From NCBI GenBank assembly GCA_014764065.1, contig JACXUG010000001.1, positions 17,234 through 49,233 of the forward strand: a DNA stretch of 32,000 bases, in the 5' to 3' direction. The position numbers and the translations under genes were made by a program. Under the pieces are notes generated by a model. That model did no database searches. It saw nothing but the letters and a program-made list of their open reading frames with translations, and was not told the DNA's origin. The stretch is from Campylobacterales bacterium (GTDB lineage Bacteria > Campylobacterota > Campylobacteria > Campylobacterales > Sulfurimonadaceae). Positions 25,275 to 32,000 of the stretch are shown piece after piece. Each line of letters begins with the position of its first letter. Positions within the stretch are counted from its first letter, which is position 1.

Positions 25275-26295
25275 CCCCCATCTCTACCCATTTCTGCGCG
25301 ATACGTACGGCATTGGTCGCAGCACCGACGCGGAGGTTGTCCGCGACGATCCACATATGGAGCATATTGTCGCGGTAGAGGTCGCTTCTGATCCGCCCGA
25401 CGAAGGTCTCGTTGCGGTCGACACAGGCTGCCGGCATCGGGTAGACACTCTTGGAAGGTTCGTCCTGGATGACGATGTTCGGGGCCTTGGAGAGGATCTC
25501 GCGCGCTTCGGCGGCAGTAACGGCGCTGTCGAAGGTCATCGTGAGCGCTTCGGAGTGGCCGCGAAGGACCGGCACGCGGACGCAGGTCGCGCTCAGTTCG
25601 ATCCCTTTGTGCATGATCTTCTTGGTCTCGTTGACCATTTTGAGTTCCTCTTTCGTATAGCCGCTGTCAGTGAAGAGATCGATCTGCGGAATGAGGTTCA
25701 GGGCGATCTGGTGCGGGAACTTGTTGTGTTCGCTCTCGCCCAGGCGGAATGCAAAGAAGTCCTGCATCTGCTGGACAAGCTCCTCCATGGCTGATTTGCC
25801 GGCCCCCGAAGTCGCCTGGTAGGTACTGACATCGACACGGACGAGATCAAAGGCATCGTCAAGGGGTTTGAGGGCCTGGACCATCTGGATGGTCGAGCAG
25901 TTCGGGTTCGCGATGATCCCTTTTTTCTTCCAGTCGCGGATATCTTCGGGGTTGACTTCCGGGACGACGAGGGGAACCTCGTCATCCATACGGAAATGGC
26001 TGGTATTGTCGATGACGACGGCACCGGCCGCAGCGGCAAAGGGTGCGAATTTGGCGGAGACGGAACCGCCGGCACTGAAGAGGGCGATTTCGATCTCCTC
26101 TTCGTCAAAAACCGTTTCGGTCAGTTCCTTGATGACCAGCTCGTTGCCGCCGAATTCGACGGTATTGCCGGCACTGCGGCTGCTGGCCAGCGGTACGAGC
26201 TTGGCCAGGGGGAAATCGATCTCTTCAAAAATGCGCAGGATCTCTTCGCCAACGGCACCGCTGGCGCCGACGACGGCTACGTTATATTTTTTCAT
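25261..26295 (-). CDS. asd: Aspartate-semialdehyde dehydrogenase
   Basis: MKKYNVAVVGASGAVG, active-site NCSTIQMV, and the RVPVLRGHSEAL region. 344 aa. Confidence 0.93.
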   Translation of the reverse strand: MKKYNVAVVGASGAVGEEILRIFEEIDFPLAKLVPLASSRSAGNTVEFGGNELVIKELTETVFDEEEIEIALFSAGGSVSAKFAPFAAAAGAVVIDNTSHFRMDDEVPLVVPEVNPEDIRDWKKKGIIANPNCSTIQMVQALKPLDDAFDLVRVDVSTYQATSGAGKSAMEELVQQMQDFFAFRLGESEHNKFPHQIALNLIPQIDLFTDSGYTKEELKMVNETKKIMHKGIELSATCVRVPVLRGHSEALTMTFDSAVTAAEAREILSKAPNIVIQDEPSKSVYPMPAACVDRNETFVGRIRSDLYRDNMLHMWIVADNLRVGAATNAVRIAQKWVEMGGADV

Positions 26296-26317
26296 GACTG
26301 TTTACTACCTCGTAAAA

Positions 26318-28837
26318 TTATTCTAGATTAAATGACTGCTGTTCGGGCTCAATCTGGACATTTTCCATTTCGCCCTCTTCGCCGTCATCCTCTTCGTCTG
26401 TCACGGGCTCTTTTTTCGGACAGCGGGAGATACTGACGACATCATCGCCTTTGATAATGTAGACGCCGCTTGTGTTGCGGCTCGATTTGGAGATGCTCTC
26501 CATATCGACACGGATCATTTTACCGCCTTTCGTCAACGCCATCATGTCCATATTTTCGTTAACGATCACACAGCCGACGACATGCTGGCCGGTTTTCGCG
26601 TTGAGTTTCATTGCGATGACCCCGCTGCCGGCGCGGTTGGTCAGGCGGTATTCACCTGCCGTCGTCCGCTTGCCGATCCCCTTCTCGCTGATGGTAAGGA
26701 TCTCCTGCTCGTCGCTGTCGATGATGTTCGCGTCGACAACGCGGTCGCCGTCATGTTTGAACTTGATACCGCGTACACCGCGGGTACTGCGCCCCTGGTC
26801 GCGGGTTTTCTCGATCTCGAACTTGATGCACTGCGCGAATTTGGTCAGGATGAAGAGGTACTTCGTCTCGGCGGTGGCGATTTTCGCCGTGATCAGCGTA
26901 TCGTCGTCGTCGAGTACGATCGCACGGACCCCGTTGCTCCGGATGTTCGAGAACTCGCTGAGGTTGGTCCGCTTGACGATACCGTTCTGGGTAAAGAAGA
27001 CCAGGGACTTTTCGTCGCTGAAGTCGGTCGTTGGGATGATTGACTGGATCTTTTCGTCCTGCTGGAGCTGGATCAGGTTGACGACGGCTTTTCCTTTGGC
27101 CGTACGCGAGCCTTCCGGGATGCGGTAGACCTTCAGCCAGTGCAGCTGCCCGCGGTCGGTGACGAACATCAGCGTATCGTGGGTGTTGCAGGTGAAGAAG
27201 CTCTCGATAAAGTCGTCCTCGTAGGTCGTGACGGCGGTTTTGCCTTTGCCGCCGCGGCGCTGTTTCTCGTAGTTGACCAGCGGCACGCGTTTGATGTAGC
27301 CGCGGTGGGTGATGGTGACGACCATCGGCTCGTTCGGGATTAGGTCCTCGATATCGATATCGTCGTAGTCATCTTCGATGTCGGTACGGCGCGGGTCGTT
27401 GTAGACCTCCATCACCTCGTTGAACTCCTCTTTGATGATGCCGCGGAGCACCTCTTCGCTGCGCAGGACGCTTTCGAGGTACTCGATGAGTTCGAGCAGC
27501 TCTTTGAGCTCCTTCTCGATCTTCTCGCGCTCGAGGCCGGTCAGCTTCTGCAGGCGCATGTCGAGGATCGCCTGGGCCTGGACCGGGCTGAAGTCAAACT
27601 CGGCAATAAGCCCCTCTTTGGCGGTTTCGGTGTCCTTGCTGGCACGGATCAGCTTGATGATCGCATCGATGTGATCCAGCGCTTTCTTCAGACCTTCGAG
27701 AATGTGTGCACGCGCCTTCGCTTTTTCGAGCTCGAAGATCGTACGGCGGATAATGACCGTTTTGCGGTGGTTGATAAAGTGGTTCAGCATATCCAGGATC
27801 GGGAAGACTCTCGGCTCCTGGTTGAGGATGGAGAGCATGATGATCCCGAAGGTTGTCTGCATATTGGTCGACTTGAAAAGGTTGTTGAGAACGATCTCGC
27901 TCATCGCGTCGCGTTTGAGTTCGATGACGACACGGATCCCCTCGCGGTCGGATTCGTCGCGAATCTCGCTGATTCCCTCGATCTGCTTCTCCTTCACAAG
28001 GTTGGCGATGCTTTCGATCAGGCGCGCCTTGTTGACCATGTAGGGGAGCTCGTCGATGACGATGATCTCTTTTTTGCGGGTCTGTTCGATATGGGTCTTT
28101 GCACGGACCTTGATGCGGCCGCGGCCGGTCTCATAGGCATCTATGATCCCTTTCTTGCCGAAGATCGTTCCGCCGGTCGGGAAGTCCGGCGCCTTGATAT
28201 AGTGCATGATGTCCGTCAGCGTCGCTTTGGGGTTGTCGATAAGGTGCACGAGGGCGGAGAGGATCTCTTTGGGGTTGTGCGGCGGGATATTGGTGGCCAT
28301 ACCGACGGCGATACCGGAAGAGCCGTTGATCAACAGGTTGGGGACGCGGGTCGGCAGGATCTCGGGTTCCTGTGTCGTCGCATCGTAGTTGTCGATCATG
28401 TTGACGGTCTCTTTGTCGAGGTCCTTGAGCAGTTCCCCGGCATACTTCGTCATGCGCGCTTCGGTATAACGCATCGCCGCCGCGTTGTCGCCGTCGATGG
28501 AACCGAAGTTCCCCTGGCCGTCGACGAGGGTCATCCGCATGGAGAAGGGCTGCGCCATACGGACCAGCGCGTCATAGACCGCCGTGTCGCCGTGGGGGTG
28601 GTACTGACCGATGACGTCCCCGACGATACGGGCGGATTTTTTGTATTTCGCCCCGGCGGAGAGGTTGAGCTTGTCCATAGCGTAGAGGATACGGCGGTGA
28701 ACCGGTTTGAGACCGTCGCGTACGTCCGGAAGCGCCCGGCCGATGATGACGCTCATGGAGTAGTCGAGGTAGCTGCTCTGCAGACTCTCTTCAATATTGA
28801 TATTTTCGATTTCGCTGTTGTCCAACAGTTCGCTCAT
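26318..28837 (-). CDS. gyrA: DNA gyrase subunit A
   Basis: [33 protein letters not shown], the quinolone-resistance-determining region (QRDR) [21 protein letters not shown] (Thr/Asp, the quinolone-susceptible configuration), and the catalytic AAMRYTE. Beta-pinwheel C-terminal domain and acidic tail. ATG 28837 (MSELLDN, RBS GAGGTGGG) is preferred over GTG 28849. Confidence 0.95.
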   Translation of the reverse strand: MSELLDNSEIENINIEESLQSSYLDYSMSVIIGRALPDVRDGLKPVHRRILYAMDKLNLSAGAKYKKSARIVGDVIGQYHPHGDTAVYDALVRMAQPFSMRMTLVDGQGNFGSIDGDNAAAMRYTEARMTKYAGELLKDLDKETVNMIDNYDATTQEPEILPTRVPNLLINGSSGIAVGMATNIPPHNPKEILSALVHLIDNPKATLTDIMHYIKAPDFPTGGTIFGKKGIIDAYETGRGRIKVRAKTHIEQTRKKEIIVIDELPYMVNKARLIESIANLVKEKQIEGISEIRDESDREGIRVVIELKRDAMSEIVLNNLFKSTNMQTTFGIIMLSILNQEPRVFPILDMLNHFINHRKTVIIRRTIFELEKAKARAHILEGLKKALDHIDAIIKLIRASKDTETAKEGLIAEFDFSPVQAQAILDMRLQKLTGLEREKIEKELKELLELIEYLESVLRSEEVLRGIIKEEFNEVMEVYNDPRRTDIEDDYDDIDIEDLIPNEPMVVTITHRGYIKRVPLVNYEKQRRGGKGKTAVTTYEDDFIESFFTCNTHDTLMFVTDRGQLHWLKVYRIPEGSRTAKGKAVVNLIQLQQDEKIQSIIPTTDFSDEKSLVFFTQNGIVKRTNLSEFSNIRSNGVRAIVLDDDDTLITAKIATAETKYLFILTKFAQCIKFEIEKTRDQGRSTRGVRGIKFKHDGDRVVDANIIDSDEQEILTISEKGIGKRTTAGEYRLTNRAGSGVIAMKLNAKTGQHVVGCVIVNENMDMMALTKGGKMIRVDMESISKSSRNTSGVYIIKGDDVVSISRCPKKEPVTDEEDDGEEGEMENVQIEPEQQSFNLE

Positions 28838-29061
28838 TGCTTGTCCCACCTCGTACAGGAGCCTGCAGGCCCCGTGTTCTAAGATTTTTGGCGCTTATAT
28901 TAACCTATATATACTTAAACACGACGGGCACGGGATGGCGGTGATAAAACAGGAGGGCGCTGCCTAAAAAATAACCACCACTATCGAGTAAAAAGCCGAC
29001 AAAATTGTATACTATTTTCATGAAACTTCTGCAGTCAAGGCTGCGAAAAAAGGATTAACCA

Positions 29062-30372
29062 ATGAAGAAGTGGCTTTTGTCCATGATGATGCTTCTGCCG
29101 ACGCTTGCGCTGGCAGAGGATGCTCCAACGCTCGATACAGGTGATACAGCCTGGATGATGGTGTCAACCGCACTCGTACTGCTGATGACGCCGGCAGGCC
29201 TGGCACTGTTTTATGCCGGGATGACACGTACAAAGAACGTACTAAATACCTATGCAATGGTCATGGGTGCCTTTGTCGTTGCCTTCGTGGTCTGGGTCAT
29301 TGCAGGCTACTCCATCGCCTTCGGTGCGAGCGAGAGCGCAGCACTGCAGAACGTGTTCGGCGGCTTCGGCAACGTTTTCCTTTCCGGTATCAACTGGTCT
29401 GACCTGTCCGGCAGCTACCCGACCTTTGTCTTCATCGCCTTCCAGGGTACGTTCGCAGCGATCACCGTTGCCATCGCATCCGGTTCCGCGATCGAGCGTA
29501 TGAAGTTCTCCACATGGATGATCTTCGTTGTCCTCTGGGGTCTGGTGGTTTACGCACCGATTACCCACATGGTATGGGGCGGCAACGGTGCCTTCCTCTT
29601 CGATGAGGGTGCGCTTGACTTCGCCGGCGGTACGGTTGTTCACATGAACGGCGGTCTGGCCGGTCTGGTCCTGGCGATCATGCTCGGTAAACGTGCAGGC
29701 TACCCGAAAACAGCGATGAAACCGGTCAGCATCATTCTGACTGCTGCCGGTGCAGCCCTGCTGTGGTTCGGCTGGTACGGCTTCAACGGCGGTTCCGCAT
29801 TCGGTGCGAACGCGGTTGCAGGTCTTGCGGTTCTGACAACAACGATCGCTACGGCAGCTGCGGGTGTCACCTGGATGCTGATCGAATGGTTCATGTTCAA
29901 GAAACCGACCCTACTCGGTGTTGCTTCCGGTATCGTTGCCGGTCTCGTCGCGATCACTCCGGCCGCCGGCTTCGTCGGTGTCGGCGGTGCCTTCATCGTC
30001 GGTATCGTCGGCGCGGTCATCGGCTTCTTCGGTGTCGCGATCCTGAAAAAGAAACTGGGCTACGACGACAGCCTCGATGCATTCGGTATCCACTTCCTCG
30101 CCGGACTGTGGGGTGCGATTGCTACGGGTATCTTCGCGCTGAACGATCAGGACCTCCTCTGGGACGGTCCGCTCAAAGCAAGCGGCGACCGTATGAGTCA
30201 GCTCCTCGTCCAGTTCGAGTCTGTCCTGATCGTCGGTCTGTGGACCCTGGTCGGTACGGTTATTGTTTACCTGATCTCCTCTGCGATCACCGGCGGTGCA
30301 CGCGTTGACGAAGAGGCAGAAACAATGGGTCTGGACGAGTCCATCCACGGCGAACGCGGATTCAACCTCTAA
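29062..30372 (+). CDS. amt: Ammonium transporter (Amt family) with cleavable-type signal peptide
   Basis: MKKWLLSMMMLLPTLALA signal peptide, then DTAWMMVSTALVLLMTP, DFAGGTVVHMNGG and LLWFGWYGFNGGS. 436 aa. RBS AAGGA. Confidence 0.92.
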   Translation: MKKWLLSMMMLLPTLALAEDAPTLDTGDTAWMMVSTALVLLMTPAGLALFYAGMTRTKNVLNTYAMVMGAFVVAFVVWVIAGYSIAFGASESAALQNVFGGFGNVFLSGINWSDLSGSYPTFVFIAFQGTFAAITVAIASGSAIERMKFSTWMIFVVLWGLVVYAPITHMVWGGNGAFLFDEGALDFAGGTVVHMNGGLAGLVLAIMLGKRAGYPKTAMKPVSIILTAAGAALLWFGWYGFNGGSAFGANAVAGLAVLTTTIATAAAGVTWMLIEWFMFKKPTLLGVASGIVAGLVAITPAAGFVGVGGAFIVGIVGAVIGFFGVAILKKKLGYDDSLDAFGIHFLAGLWGAIATGIFALNDQDLLWDGPLKASGDRMSQLLVQFESVLIVGLWTLVGTVIVYLISSAITGGARVDEEAETMGLDESIHGERGFNL

Positions 30373-30376
30373 TTGA

Positions 30377-30778
<402 letters not shown>

Positions 30779-30790
30779 GCCTCTTCTCGG

Positions 30791-30807
30791 GGCAGGCTTT
30801 TCCTGCC
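30791..30807 (+). terminator. Weak hairpin after P-II copy 1
   Basis: GGCAGG-ctttt-CCTGCC followed by ttgaaag. The stem is short and the U-tract poor. Confidence 0.25.
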
Positions 30808-30915
30808 TTGAAAGTGCACATCGACTACCATTGTCAAGGCTTTGATGATTAATTAATAATCGTGTGTCTAAAAAAAGATCATGGTTTTCTTGATAAGATT
30901 GCATTACTCTTATGA

Positions 30916-31263
<348 letters not shown>

Positions 31264-31271
31264 GCGGTGTA

Positions 31272-32000
31272 ATGGAAGATTTCGGCTATATTGTCGACAC
31301 GCTCTTCGCCCTTTTTGCGATGACGTTGATCGTCTTTATGGTTCCCGGTTTTGCGATGCTCGAAGCGGGGCTGGTCCGTACGAAAAACGTTACGTCCGTC
31401 CTGACCGTTAATACGATGATCTATGCTGTGGCGTCGATGATGTTCTTGCTCGTGGGTTACGAACTGGCTTTCGGCAGCTGGGAAAACAGCGGGATGAGCA
31501 TCTATGCCGCTTTCTTGTTCCAGATGGCCTTCGTCGGGAAGACGGTTAATATCATGAGCGGCGGGGTGAGTGAACGGGTACGAATCCTGCCGATCGCGCT
31601 CTTTACCGTGCTGATGGGCGGTCTGATCTATCCGTTTGTCGTCAACGTCTCGTGGGGTGCCGACCTGCTGGCAGGTACTATGCTGGATCTGCAGATGTAC
31701 GACCTGGCGGGCTCGACCGTTATCCACTCGACGGGAGGCTGGGCGCTGCTGGCGGCCATTATGATCATGGGACCGCGTAAAGGGCGTTACAAGGATGGGA
31801 AGATTCACGTCATCCCAGCGTCGAATATTCCTCTGGTCGTCCTGGGAGCGCTCCTGCTGTGGATCGGCTGGTTTGGTTTCAACGGCGGTTCCGTCGGTTC
31901 CATTGCCAGCAAAGAGAACGCGGATGCGGTGGCGCTCACGATCATGAATACCAATACCGCCGGCCTTTCAGGCGCGTTGATCGCCGGGGTCTTTATGTAT
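31272..32000 (+). CDS. amt: Second ammonium transporter (Amt family), 5' partial (runs off the window), no signal peptide
   Basis: Not in the supplied ORF track because it has no stop. My translation from ATG 31272 gives 243 codons: MEDFGYIVDTLFALFAMTLIVFMVPGFAMLEAGLVRTKN...DLAGSTVIHSTGGW...LLWIGWFGFNGGS. The track's 31260..31808 minus-strand ORF is its antisense shadow. Confidence 0.88.
   Translation, partial: MEDFGYIVDTLFALFAMTLIVFMVPGFAMLEAGLVRTKNVTSVLTVNTMIYAVASMMFLLVGYELAFGSWENSGMSIYAAFLFQMAFVGKTVNIMSGGVSERVRILPIALFTVLMGGLIYPFVVNVSWGADLLAGTMLDLQMYDLAGSTVIHSTGGWALLAAIMIMGPRKGRYKDGKIHVIPASNIPLVVLGALLLWIGWFGFNGGSVGSIASKENADAVALTIMNTNTAGLSGALIAGVFMY

Noticed and set aside
22725-25794. Plus-strand ORFs 22725..23831 (368 aa), 23690..24337, 24413..24844, 24729..25391 and 25066..25794, opposite the radical SAM, hemE, yqhA-family and asd genes.
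   Set aside because: They are antisense shadows of recognisable minus-strand genes, with Asp/Gly/Val/Arg-rich translations and no motifs.
26318-28837. The gyrA quinolone-resistance-determining region, examined for resistance substitutions.
   Set aside because: The sequence [15 protein letters not shown] has Thr and Asp at the positions equivalent to Campylobacter Thr86/Asp90, the wild-type susceptible state. Nothing unusual.
27671-28882. A 403-aa plus-strand ORF, plus several shorter ones, opposite gyrA.
   Set aside because: gyrA identity on the minus strand is unambiguous. The antisense frame is an open stretch caused by codon bias.

Overview
The window is almost entirely coding. Protein resemblances (GyrA N-terminus, cytochrome c553, Cys-rich WaaF C-terminus) suggest a relatively GC-rich member of the Campylobacterota; this is inference, no search was run.

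Layout:
- 60-524: decayed alpha/beta-hydrolase relic.
- 0.5-1.8 kb: UbiA-family prenyltransferase and cytochrome c553.
- 1.9-22 kb: a lipopolysaccharide/lipooligosaccharide core and sugar-nucleotide locus. It contains hldD-hldE plus a YfaZ-like outer-membrane protein, and waaF plus a membrane-anchored glycoside-hydrolase-like protein. A five-gene chain follows (ugd-rfbA-rfbB, an orphan ORF, and a P-loop::GT9 fusion), joined by ATGA overlaps at every junction. Next come GT4, GT90, a Kdo/WaaP-family kinase and a WaaE-like GT2. A markedly low-GC cassette then encodes a WecF-like GT56, a DegT-type aminotransferase and a hexapeptide acetyltransferase. The locus ends with two LtaS/sulfatase-family gene relics around a perfect 14-bp-stem palindrome, and msbA.
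- 22.0-22.7 kb: degraded spacer with a ribonucleotide-reductase-like fragment, next to tRNA-Asn(GTT), which has a near-consensus promoter.
- 22.7-28.8 kb: tight minus-strand housekeeping array (radical SAM protein, hemE, yqhA-family, asd, gyrA).
- 29.0-32.0 kb: nitrogen module amt-PII-PII-amt. The second amt runs off the window end and is missing from the ORF track.

I saw no CRISPR array, rRNA, transposase, integrase or recognisable defence system.

The least explained items are the P-loop::GT9 fusion with its coupled orphan ORF, the patchwork dTDP-amino-sugar pathway on the low-GC cassette, and the rearrangement scars (sulfatase relics, RNR fragment, hydrolase relic). All family calls rest on motifs read by eye and remembered family sequences. 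None has been verified by search.
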